A DNA stretch of 53,040 nt, filler included, from Jimgerdemannia flammicorona (taxonomy: Eukaryota), in NCBI GenBank assembly GCA_003990765.1. It is 2 parts of 2 records of this genome, joined end to end, with 100 filler letters (N's around TTAATTAATTAA, not from the genome) between each part and the next. Parts side by side here need not be neighbours in the genome. Positions count along the whole stretch, not along the records: positions 1 to 26,490 come from RBNJ01000724.1; 1 more part is not named here. The stretch is one strand, 5' to 3'. Shown piece after piece: positions 1-11,452 of this stretch; within the stretch, counting starts at the first letter, position 1, and the number at the start of each line of letters is the position of its first letter. The notes under the pieces are model-generated. The model had not been told where the DNA came from. It did not search any database and saw nothing but the letters and a program-made list of their open reading frames with translations. The position numbers were made by a program, and so were the translations under genes.

Positions 1-19
1 AAAAAAAAAAAAAAGACAT

Positions 20-1265
20 ATTACTACAGACAATATCTAATTAGAAAATTTCTGAGATTAGTTAAGAGTGAGATCTAATATAATATAGATTTACTTAAGA
101 GTAGTTTGTGAATTATTAAATAGATTTATTCACTATTCATAATATTACCTTTAGCTAATATTAGGAGTAGTATATAAAGAAATATTAGTATAGAATTGTT
201 CATACTTAGGTTATCTGTATTCTTGAATATAGATTGAGATTTGAGAGAGAGAAAGGCTAAATATAAGTTTAGTACTTTAGTATAAATGAGTTAGAATATA
301 GTCATATAATACTAACTTAACTATACTAATGACTGTTAAGCTATTTATAGATTTATACACTGTCTGGATATTTATTAATAAGATTACTATCTCTGATAAA
401 GTAGTTATCCAGAAAGAGTAGTTTTTAGACTATATTTTCATACTCATTTATATAGTAATATGTTAGAATAAATTGATTATCTTATAGAATAGTATCATCT
501 TTCTCATATATATACTAAATATAATATTAGTAGATAGAGAAAGAGTATAACATCTTCATCAGATTTGCTATTAGTATACTTTTGATAGGTTATGGTACTA
601 TATATATATATTACAGAATTATAATATACTAAAGGTTGTTCTTTATTTTATTCATACTTAGAAAATAGAGTTATTAGTTTTATCTTGAGAGTTGTCTAGA
701 GATATAGGTTGTATTTTTCTGTTTTTTTATTATAGTTGAAGTAATCAAATATGAAGACAGATTAGTACTCATGCTAGTGGTCATTATTCCAATAAGTCTC
801 ATAAGTAGTTATAAACCATTATAAGTTAAGAATTTTTATATAAGTTATAATCAACTTATTAATAAATTCTGTACTATAGTAAGAGATAAATTCTTCTGAA
901 AATCTATATCTGAGTATAAGATTATAGAAGAGACTAATTATAGTTAAGGCATTAGTGATTTCTATTGAGAATACTTGAGATCATTTGGTCAGATGTTTCA
1001 TAAATACTAAGATATATTTATTTCTTCTTAGTATAACTGATAGAGATTTAATAATATCTACTCTCTATCTTTAGAAGATATAAATAGGTAGTATAATCAG
1101 TTGTAGTAATACTTGATGATTTTTTTTTTCTTAATACTTTTGGTAGATATTACATTTCTTAAATATATCTCTATATAAATTGTATTCTGAGATAGGACTA
1201 GTATTAATATATTTTTTGTAGCTTTTTTTTTTATTTATATTTATCTATCATTAGTAAGTCTTCTG
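20..1265 (-). mobile_element. Decayed Ty3/Gypsy LTR-retrotransposon integrase region
   Basis: Minus-strand manual translation of ~1200->840 gives 'KKCNIYQK' (HHCC CxxC remnant), 'LQLIILPIYIF*R*RVDIIKSLSVILRRNKYILVFMKHLTK' and 'LILRYRFSEEFISYYSTEFINK'. These match the Gypsy integrase core (vDi.gPLp...GNkYiLV.vD.fTK; RfG.P..iisD.G.eF.n). Very AT-rich, CpG-free, many stops. Boundaries approximate. Confidence 0.75.
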
Positions 1266-1289
1266 ATATTTTAATTAGATAAGATATTC

Positions 1290-3297
1290 TATAGGAGAAA
1301 GGGGACCTAATGAGCTACAGGATGTGCTGGAGGAGGACTAAGATAAGTCAGTAAGGATAAATACTAAGAGAAGTCAGAGAGTTGGAGAGCAGGAGATAGC
1401 ACTTGATGTTAATGAGGCCATTAGAGAGGAGAGATAGCTGTGGAAGGTGCTGATGAATATTATAGCAGATGAGTTAGAGCAAGATTGATTTTTATATAAT
1501 TAGTAAGAGGTACTAGAGTGAGGTCCTATAAGGTGAAGAAGTGGTGTGGAAGCTTCAAGATAAGCTAATAGTAGGCTAGGGGTATAAGATAGATGATAAT
1601 AGAGAGGCAGTACTTCTGATAAGTGTGAATGAATATATATTATATCTGTGGGGCCTTAGGAAGAAGGTGGCAAAGTAGCAGATAGTGTGTAAGAAGTATC
1701 AGTCTATTATAGAGGCAGTGGATGATGAGGACTGTTGGAAGATCTTGGAAGCATTGAATACTCAACAGGGAGAGACAGATGAGCTTGAGATAGAGAGAAA
1801 TTTGGATATTACTAGTAATGTAATGAGTATGAAATTATAGAGTAGATGTTTATTTTCCAAATATTATTCAATATGAATAGTATAACTAGAATCTTCTCTA
1901 TAAATATCAATGGACTATAGGGTGAGGTGAGGTATCAGAATATTTTCAGCAGGTTAAAGAGACTGAATATAGATCTGTTCTTACTGTAGAATATAAGATA
2001 TAATGTAGACTTTGATATGCTAGACTAGATGAGAGAATGAGGGGAGACAGCTATATAGTAGGGTCAAGTGGGCATTCTGATTAGAAAGAGCAAGAGAGAT
2101 ATTGGAGATATTGAATATTAGGAGGACAGAGTGACATAGGGAGTGTGAAGGCAGCCAAGCTAGAGCCCCTTGACTGTTGGATTATATTATTGCTCAGCAG
2201 AGAGAGAGGAGTACTTGGAGTAGATAAGAGAATTATGAGATGTAGGTACAATAGTGACAGAGAGGATTGACTATCTGAGTAATAACTTTAATATAATATG
2301 AGATGAGCAGTTAGACAGGACTGATAGAGAGAGAGAGATAGTTGGTAGAAGTAGAGAGATGGAAGACTGAGAGGAGATTGAGAGGCTGAGCTCATTGATG
2401 GATACTAGATATCTTGGATAGAAAGATTGAAGAGTCTATACTCACTAAGTAATAGGGCTAAGTTCAAGGATTGACTGGATCTTAACTGCTGAGTGCTGGA
2501 GAGTAGATGTCTGGAGACAGTGTGGTGCCCATAATCAGATCACTGGGGTTTACTAGACTGCAGAAGATTTGGAGGAAGTAGGGAGGGATCTAGATATTAA
2601 TATCTGAATACTTCATTGCTGGGAGAACCCTCCTTGTAGAATACAGATAGTAGACATTAGCTTCAGAAACTTATACTGGATGGCACAGGAGATAGAGATT
2701 GGGGATCATTGGTGGTATTTGAAATTAGATGCCCAGTGGTTCTGAGAAGAGATAGGGAGGAGAAGGGGTGCTCAGAGGAGAAGTCATTTAAGGTGGGCTT
2801 CCCAGAGGTTGGAGAAGATATTAGAGAAGTGGGCAACATTACTGAATGATAGAGAGAAGGGGGATTGGAAGGTTTAGTAGATCTAGCTAGAGGTGGAGAA
2901 ACTGAAGAGACTGTTTAGGCAGAAGGAAGAATTGCAGGTCAAGAATATGGTAGCCCAGCTGAAGTGGTAGGGCTTGGAGGAGGGAGAGAGGCCTACAAAG
3001 TTTTTGTCAAGGCTGCTTTAGGTGAGGGGGGCAAGGCAGTAGTGGGAAGGAGTATTGGATGAGACAGGAGAGATGGTGGTCAGAACTCCAGGAATCTTGG
3101 ACCAGTTGAGGTCTTAATGGGGGTGATTGTAGAGTGAGGAGGAGGGGGGGGAGGATGTACTGGACATTGAACAGCATCTGGTAGATTGGTACCTGGACCC
3201 AGCAGAGGGCTTAGGTGAACTTGGAGTACCTGTCTGAGGGGAGGAGATCTGTAGGGTGTTGGTGATGATGAGTCTTGGGATAGCTCCAGGAGAGGAT
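1290..3297 (+). mobile_element. 5' half of a decayed L1/Tx1-like non-LTR retrotransposon (possible ORF1 remnant, APE endonuclease, pre-RT linker)
   Basis: From ATG 1873: MNSITRIFSININGL*, DLFLL*E, LSNNFN (GDFN), SRIDWIL, SDH, EEGERPTKF. Ends with EEICRVLVMMSLGIAPGED at 3297, cut inside the K.PG.DG motif. 5' boundary approximate. Confidence 0.85.
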
Positions 3298-4007
3298 CGG
3301 ACACCGGGCTCTGGATCCATCCATCCCTCATCAACCATTCGTGCCTCGTAAATTAAAGCTTCCTCGACATTGGCGATTACATGTTCATTCGCGCGGTTCG
3401 CGACCTTAACTAGGGCGAAGAGGTCTTTGTGGAGTATGTGAAAGTCTTAGATATATACGTACAAAGGTCGCACGAAGAAGCAATTTCGATTGCCAGTGCC
3501 CATTTTGAGACTTTGAGCGGGCGCAGCCGGAGGTGACGCGTCGCCGCGCGGCTGCTCGACGAATTTACGAGGATGCGGCTGGCAATTCAAATGGGCAATG
3601 TGGGCATGATGCCACATCTAAAGATTACCACGGACGAGATTCGTAAGACGTACTCGGCCACTGGTGCGACGACATCCACCCGCTCACGCCTAGGAAAAAG
3701 AAGGTTACCGCTGGCGGTGTTGCCACACCCACGGCACCGCCCGCTTTATTTTCCCACCTGAATGCTTGGCCGGTTCACCCGGGCGGTCCAGACGCTATTC
3801 GAGGCGTTCGAGGTCCTGCCGCACATTGCCAGGTTCAATTTTCCCCGCGTCGACATCGCCATGCAGATTGGAAAGATGTACGGGATGCTCAACAGATTCG
3901 ATGAAGGGGAGCGGTGGAAAAAAGTGGCTAGAAAGGAGTTTCAGATGACTTATGGCGAAGATCAGGGGCTTTGGCAGGAGTATGTGGATGATTTCAACGT
4001 GTGTTAA
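3298..4007 (+). pseudogene. C-terminal half of a fungal TPR-SET (SMYD-like) methyltransferase pseudogene
   Basis: DTGLWIHPSLINHSCLVN*SFLDIGDYMFIRAVRDLN*GEEVFVEY (SET NHSC and GEE..Y motifs), post-SET FDCQCPF* at ~3484-3508, and a C-terminal helix ending ...YGEDQGLWQEYVDDFNVC* at 4007. In-frame stops and frameshifts present. Confidence 0.85.
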
Positions 4008-4199
4008 TTTGAGTTTGGTCGCTGATAAAAGTGTTACTCGAGAGCGTCAAGACAAAATACACGAAATAAATGTCAATAAATTGCTGTCAAGAAAGTAAAA
4101 CGTATATGTTTCCCATGTACACAATGTAAATCCTCGATGCACTCGAGCCTTATCCCACGCGAGGGCGCAACGCTGCCTCTTACTGGAAAGCAAGTCGCG

Positions 4200-5070
4200 C
4201 TGTTCAGGAAAGCCACGAATATACTTCGTGAATGATGAGTTGTTGAATTTGTCTAGGGATGCTTACCAAATTTTCTTTGTGTTTGCAATATGCTGCAGAA
4301 AAGGTAATAATGACACGAGTTTGCTTTATTTCGCAAATTGAGGAAAATGCGACAAAAAGGTATGTTCTATAATACACTCGGGGGAATGACAAGCCATCTA
4401 AACAGGCTTTCGTAATGTATAGAGCATGGGAATACGGAAACGAGGGCGAAATTAAGGAAGAGGCCCGAATAAACACCCTCCCATGAATCGGTATACGATA
4501 AAAGGATCATGCTTTTTGTTAAATATGTAACTCGGAAATTTCTTAGGTGTCTTGTTCTAGATGTGGACGTCATCAATGGTGATATCATAAATTGCGTCAT
4601 CAATAATTTCTGGAACATATATACACAGCACCTTTGCACCTGTATTTGTAAATCGCATTGAAAATCTACAAGGCATGTCCACCTCAAAAAACTTGCATAG
4701 TTGCAGCTAGCATACGCAGGTTTGGTGATTGGGAATTTTACTGATTGTTGTCGATGCAGTCCATCTTTCAAAGAAATAAAAGATTGTAGTGGACTGAACA
4801 TAAGTGCCGCCGCCCGATTGTCGAGGGTTGAACCAAACAAATGACCGTTGGAACCTTTAGCTAGCAGGAGTGTGGGTCCTTGATTGTCGCACGTTTGATG
4901 GAAGTAAGCCATGAACGGAAGCTTGGCATAGCTTGTTGAACCAGCGAATTTCATCCAGCTATCCCATTTGCCTCTATAATCCACGTTTTCAAAAGCGTCG
5001 ATGACTCGCGGTTGGCAATGTGAAACGGATCGCCGGAGTCAGTGGTCTAAGAACAGTATTTAGCGCCATG
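4200..5070 (-). pseudogene. TLDc-domain pseudogene (possibly two TLDc repeats)
   Basis: ORF 4367-4984 contains FHQTCDNQGPTLLLAKGSNGHLFG, SFISL and KFPI, typical of TLDc (FH..CD..GPTL.l.k...g.iFG). The frame is broken. Confidence 0.65.
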
Positions 5071-6895
5071 AGCTGCTGAGCTGAAATGAGCGACTGATCT
5101 ATCCCCTTGCGTCCGCATCGGAAGCCACGTTGCCTGATGCCGTCTCCGAGTGTGTGTCGACATGGATTTCACTAGCAATGTTCATTTCACTTGTGATTCC
5201 ACCACGGGTTTCAAGACCTTTGCGTGGTGACATGCCCAGTCCAAAATTAAATTCCAGACTTCAAATTCGGCCAAGGGGAGCTGGTCGGAGGTGAGGATCC
5301 GCATGGAAAGTTGAGGAGATATTATTCGAAGAATGTGGCGCGCAAGACGGCAGACCCGAGGGTGGTCACCATGTGAACGACAGGGAAGTCAAGAAGCTCT
5401 TGGAAGAAATCGGGGAGAGTGAGTTGATGCGCGAGGATTATGAGAAACTAACTGACTGCGAAGGTTAAAAAGAAGGCGCTCTGGCATTTTCCTGTCGTCA
5501 TCGCCTTCTTTTATAACAACATGTTTTAACAGCTCCATTATGTCGGCTTCACATTCGAAACTCAGGGAGCAGCGATCAGATCGCGAAGAATTGTCGTTGA
5601 TGGTGCAGGAGTGCATGGAATGCGCCATTCGAAATGTTGGGCTTGCGAATTATGCCACTGGTCGTCTCCTTCCAGTCGTGGCTGAACAATGTATCGAAGT
5701 ATTTGGAGCGACAGCAAAGAATCTATGAATGGCCGTACATTGTAACTGACTCAACATTTTTGCACGTCTTGTCGTCTAAGTCACCTCCTCCAATCAAAAA
5801 ACGAACATCGCTGCCGTTGGGGTTGACGGTACGGCCATGTCTTGAGAAAGTTTGATGGCACCGGCGACGGAGGTACGATGTTGGGTATCTGGCATGTTGA
5901 CAGTGAGGGCTGTTGGTGTGAAGGAGTAGATATATAAAATATGGTAGAGTAATGTGTTCACTCTGGTTAAAAGCAGCTTTGGCTCATTTTTATGTGAATA
6001 TATTTGTATCTTCTCAATTGCCTCGGCGTCATATTGAGTCTGTTCAAATCAAAACCGACCTTATCTCCTAACGAAATAAGGCTGGTTTGGATTTTAACCC
6101 ATTCAATATGAATATTGCGGTGGCGGATATACGAGCGCAGGAAAAGAACCTCCCCTCACAGAGCGTCTTCATCCCCGGGCCCCAGCCAGCCGTTCCACCG
6201 CTCACACTCGCAACATGCTCAAGGATTCAGCTCTAAAGAATCTCTCTGTCTAGAGAAAAATCACTATCTTCAAGGCCCAACTCAGAGAACCAGCTCTACC
6301 TTTCTTAATTTTATCCGAAACTGTTGTTCACGACCGCGTTGAGCGCGATAAAATGTTTGTTATCATCCCTCTCCTTCCAGTCCCCAATTTATCTCCAACC
6401 CATGCTCAAGGTCGTTCATGCTGTCTGGTAATGAACAGTCGAGGGTTGGGCGTTTTATTTTGACGAGCCGTGACAGACTACAACCTTGATTCAGAAACAG
6501 GGTGACTCGCAAATTCTGCGATATTCGGAGTGATGATAAGATGCACTTGTCAAATGTCCTCCGTTATGTGTGCATGAAAATATGTCCGAATAGGAGGCGA
6601 AACCGGACGCGATACAACTCTATTACGCAAATGGCAAACAAAATTAACCGTGCTGCCATGTAAAAAAAAAAAAAAAAAAAAAAAACCCCCCGAAGGGGGA
6701 ACCCTGATCCCCAAAATAATTCAAAACAATTATAGACAAAATTTTCTAATGGTAGATGTCGCCCTCTCCACCCCTAAAAGGCCCGAATTGGACCACTTCC
6801 ACAAAAAAAAAGCGTAGCCTCCTCTAGTATATCACAACCCCACAGGCCCTAAATTCACTGCGTGCACGATCGTCCATAGTACCGCACCACATCCA

Positions 6896-6993
6896 TCACT
6901 CGTTGCCGTATTGCTCCAACATAATACTTAGGGCCCAGCGTGCCATTTCCTCATCGTCGACGTACGCTAGCTCGGTGTACTTGCCGTCTTCAT

Positions 6994-7027
<34 letters not shown>

Positions 7028-7751
7028 ACCATCGTCGTCGTCATCGTCTTCACCATCGTCGTCGTCATCGTCATCGCCGTCATCACCGTTGTAACAGAAC
7101 TCGTCAGAGGCGTAGCCTTTGATTGGCGAGTTGTACAAGAGCTCGTTGTCAGACTCTAAAGAGGTCATGATAGATTTTTGTAAATAAGATGGAAAGCAGG
7201 TTAAGTTGTTGGGACCAAAAGAAGAGGAATGAATACCCACCTTTCTCTTCCAGTCCATCACCCTTAGATACGACCACTTCCTACACCGGTACGACCGCCA
7301 CACAGTCTGCCATCTCTTCATTTACCGCCTCTACATTACGGCCTCTATATTTACCACCTCTCCATTCACCGCCATCTACTCCATGACTGCGCCGCTCTGG
7401 TGCGATCCGACCGCCACTTGAGACACCACTTGCGGCACCGCAGACGCCTCTCTGACCCCATTACCTTGGGGCACGAGGAATGGTCGCCGAGGTTTTCTGC
7501 TTGATGGTAGGTCTGATCGCCGTTATTATATTGCGTCTGATCGTGGACTTTTCCCTCCAGACCTTTGGCAAAATTAGCGTTTGGGGGCCTTCTTCCTCTC
7601 TTCGAGTATCCGGAGAGACGTCTGTAGTTTGTCTGGTTCTCGATGGTGGAGCAATCTCAGCCTCATGATATGTGGGAGGGAGGGAGGGGTGTGTTGCAGA
7701 GACAGGCAAAAAGAGATGATGGTGGCTATACGCGAATTGCATCGTGGTCAC
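6896..7751 (-). pseudogene. Hypothetical or degenerate gene with an acidic Asp-rich (GAY)n tract
   Basis: ORFs 7461-7751 and 6896-7321. The GAY codon repeat at ~6990-7087 keeps frame and encodes poly-D. No recognisable domain; in-frame stops lie between the ORFs. Confidence 0.3.
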
Positions 7752-8627
7752 TGCATGCCATTACAAAGTCCTTCAACCATTTGATGCCACTTTGTCGGCC
7801 CAAAATTAACACTCTCATCTGCTAACCCAACCCGTCAAAAATAGAAGTAAAAATAAAATAAAAATCTGCCATAAACTCCACGTCGGCCCTCACGTCTGCC
7901 ATTTGGACATTGTATGATTCACATGCTGAGCATTCGTGCGAACAAGGATCCACTTGAAGAGTCATTCCCAGCGCGTTGACGGATTTCAGGTTTAATATAT
8001 TATCACATCAATAGCTGCCGACCATTTATTACCAGTAACCCACTCCACGTTGCCGTTCCAAGCAAAGATGGAAAGACTCAAATCCTCTTTAAGGTGATGC
8101 GAATCTGTCAGCCCACAGAAAAAGAAAGAAAAATCAGAAATAACAGATGTTGTCGGTTCCATCAAAGCCGCAGGTACAATGCTTGTGAGGTGGGGGGTGT
8201 GTTTGAGGAAATCTGACAAAGAATCAAGACCATGTGTTGGGATGCCATGAACGCAAACGGGAAAAAACTGACACAAATATTTCGAACGTTGACAGTGTGC
8301 ATGCACGCTGCGACGAGAAAGCAATTACCGTTATGCATCCGATTCGATTAGTCGGTTCTTGACGGTGCAAGTTGCCGTGAAAGGAATAATTGCAGGCTTT
8401 ATAAAATGCTCAGCGATGGCGGTTTCTAGTTTCTTACAAAAACCAGAGTAAAACACTACAATAGCTCAAATTCAAACAGACTACAATTAAAAAATAGTAG
8501 AAAACCCATTCCGGCCATATGTACATTATAATAGCATTTTACATCTAACTAATGACAAAGGAATAATGTTGTCACATAAAAGAAAGGAAAAATAAATAAT
8601 TTGAAGGCGAAGAGGGTAAGAAACGAA

Positions 8628-9718
8628 TCAAACCCTCTCACCAACCGACTTTGATGCCACCCAAGTTGAATCATCGCCGTCTGTCACCTGCGTCCCTGGA
8701 GTAGGATGTGAGGTCGTGGCGATGCTCGCTTTGACGAGGATGGAAGGGAAAAACCGCTGCCGAAGCTGGTCGAGTATGTATTTTGATGGTGGTAGAGAGT
8801 AGAAGTCGTATAATATCATCCTGTTTATTGGGAGGGGTGTGTGCATGAACATATGAGTATATATTCGAGCCGCGGTAATGGCATAAGAAAAGTGAGTAAA
8901 ACACTGCTTAGGAACCGAGGACATACCTAATGAAAACCCCGATGGAGTCCAAATTAATGTGAATGTCGTTATAACGTGGGTCGGAATTTGCCATTGTGAG
9001 GCCGAGAGGAACGATGGAAACGATCACTATAATAACTATTCCTGACAGGTACCTAGTTTCGAATAAAACCATATCGGTTGAGCGGAATAGGTTTACGTGT
9101 GGTAAATATAATTTGGTGCATGATATTCCGGTTATAACCTTACCAAATGCCTACGGCAGCCACAGTGGAAGGCACACCGCGCATGCCCGTTCGAGATGTC
9201 ACAACAGGGCGAAATACATAGCAGAACGACAAGAAGAAGCCCGCAAGACCAAGTACGAGCGCCGATATGTGCAACTCCCGGCCCAAATTGTACGTGGACA
9301 AGGATATCATCAAGACTAAGCCGGGGATCTCTAGAATGTTCGCTGCCACGGTCGTCACGATGACGGTCCAGTACAGCATGTTGATGCGTGGATGATCGAT
9401 GTAGAAGCTGCTCCCCAGGTTCAGTGTGACGGCGACGAGAAGGTCGAGGGTGAAGATCATTTCCAAAGTGTTCAGCACCATGAAGGCATGGGTGTCGATA
9501 TCCTGCGATATCAGGAGCATGTTGCCTATCCCCAACCCCACGTTCATGAGTCCCATGACGAGGCAGGCGCCGCGCAATAGGGTGAAGTCGAGGACAGCCT
9601 TCCGACCGACGATTAGGCAGCTAGCGATTGCGAACGCTATGCTGGCCCAGGCGAGGGCGGTGCAGGCGAGTGGGTTGGTGATGGGGGGGGCGGTGAGGGA
9701 GGTGAGTGTAGAGTTCAT
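8628..9718 (-). CDS. Multipass (~7-TM) membrane protein, 3 exons
   Basis: Exons 9718-9144, 9052-8927 and 8820-8628 splice in frame at GT-AG introns (…VGIW|YLSGIVII…; …GVFIR|MILYDF…). Several hydrophobic helices; no stops. Confidence 0.75.
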
Positions 9719-10076
9719 TCTGTGGATTAAGGATTGAAATGGGGCCGTTGGCGGATATGGGGGAGAAAAGAGTTTTTGTGGCGGAAGTCTTGGACAATAC
9801 TTGTGGTTCGTGGTTCATGGCCTAGAAAATTTCTATAATCATATACAAATGGGGATGCCCGGGCGACGATCCTGTCAAGATCAGGAATTTCGTGACCAAA
9901 CCCCACCCCGTTTCAATCTAAACTTGCTGACTGCGCCGTGCAAGCTGGAAAATAAAATAAAATAAAAATTAAAAACTAGAACTAAAATCAGCGCTTTGCC
10001 TGACTATACAGACCATTAATTATTATAGATAAAAGTTGAGGAATAGGAAAAAAAAAAAAAAAAAAAAAAAAAACCA

Positions 10077-10135
<59 letters not shown>

Positions 10136-10838
10136 ACCCTCAACCAACAGCAAACAGTTCGGGGTGGACAGGCCGATCAATCGTCTGGAGTAACCAATCA
10201 AAATCCCAATACAATCGGCACTCGAAGGCGTTAATTATATACCTCAAATAAGATGCGTACAAAAAGTTTAACTACGTAAGAGAAAAAAAGCTTAATAAAT
10301 GAAAGAAATAAAAATGAGAGTGTATTCTACAGAATGGGGTGGTGCGTTTTCGTTACACAAGGAGAATAAGAACGGACGTGCAATTCATAAGGCAAACAGT
10401 AGGTCTAAATTTAGTTCAGTTATGCACGTGTCCGAGGTACGGGAGCGTTAGGTGGGACAAGGCATTCGTGTGTGTGGGAGAAATTTGGTCCGGTTAGAGT
10501 TGAGTCAGATCGGTTCGAGTTGAATCATTGGACATCTGGTGTGCACAACGCAATCTCTCGTGTCCCTCGCAACTACATTGTATACATGTTTTGATTTATT
10601 TTGGGGAATATCGCAGCAAGTCGGAATATCGACATTGCGTGGCGAATGGTCAGTTCGGCATAAGCGAACCCGACAGGTAGAATACAGTAAACAGGGAGGT
10701 GGGAGGGTGCGAAAACGGGATGAAGTCGCTAGTTGCAGGATTGCAGCGAAGCGGAAGAGGAACAACGATGTGTTTGGCAAATTGTATTTAAAAGGGAAAA
10801 TGCAAGGTTGACCCGTTATACCTATTGCTATTCCTACT

Positions 10839-11452
10839 TGTCACAGATGTCTTAGATACCGGATGTCACGTGTCCGTTGGGATACCTATGCAGATTAAAT
10901 CCCCGTCTTACTACTCTGAGCCCAACCCTCCGTGAATAATAAATTGGATGAATATATGTTTGTGTATTGGGTGAGGAAAGTTCTGTCTCGAATGCATTGC
11001 ATTGGTCAGTTCGAAGTACCCAGCCCAAAGAAATTAGATAAGCTTACCTCATTAAGAACAAATCCAGAAATCACATGCAAGATTATAAAGCGAAGTCAGA
11101 TTACAAAGCTGAGTCAACTCAAAGTCACAGAACATAAGACTCACAAAAATGGAATCTTACCAATCAAGATCAAAGATATATATATCAGATACACAGTTTA
11201 TCAAAATAGAGAACTTCAAACAACAACTATAAATTCTCAAACATATATCTAATTCTGACCACTAAAGTTTACAACTACATCTGTACTAATATTTAAAATA
11301 TCATTATCAATCATACTACAGCACTTCTATCTCTAATGAATACCTATAGTCTAGCATCTCTCTACTTTGTAAAAGTCTGATAGAATGCTCTAAATATACT
11401 TAGTAAAGTTTACTGAATCAGACAAATCTCAAACTACTATTTAATCAGCTAT
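10839..11452 (+). mobile_element. Possible LTR/PBS and RNase H remnant of an LTR retrotransposon
   Basis: TGTCAC start at 10839, CA followed by TTGGTCAG (PBS-like) at ~11001-11009, and weak 'IIINHTTALLSLMN…NALNILSK' similarity to the Gypsy RNase H (iTDH.AL; N..ADALSR) at ~11297-11410. CpG-depleted. Confidence 0.3.

Noticed and set aside
3295..3298. GATC at the left inversion junction as evidence of a restriction-ligation chimera
   Set aside because: The site is created by the join itself and the right junction has none; compatible with chance.
5389..5860. Short ORF cluster as a gene
   Set aside because: Possibly a decayed coding fragment, but no family could be recognised.
6686..6700. CCCCCCGAAGGGGG hairpin next to poly(A) as a rho-independent terminator or Helitron end
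   Set aside because: Eukaryotic context, adjacent to an error-prone homopolymer, and no CTRR end or associated element.
10016..10251. Poly-K / poly-F ORFs
   Set aside because: Translations of a long poly(A) homopolymer tract, possibly low-quality sequence; not coding.
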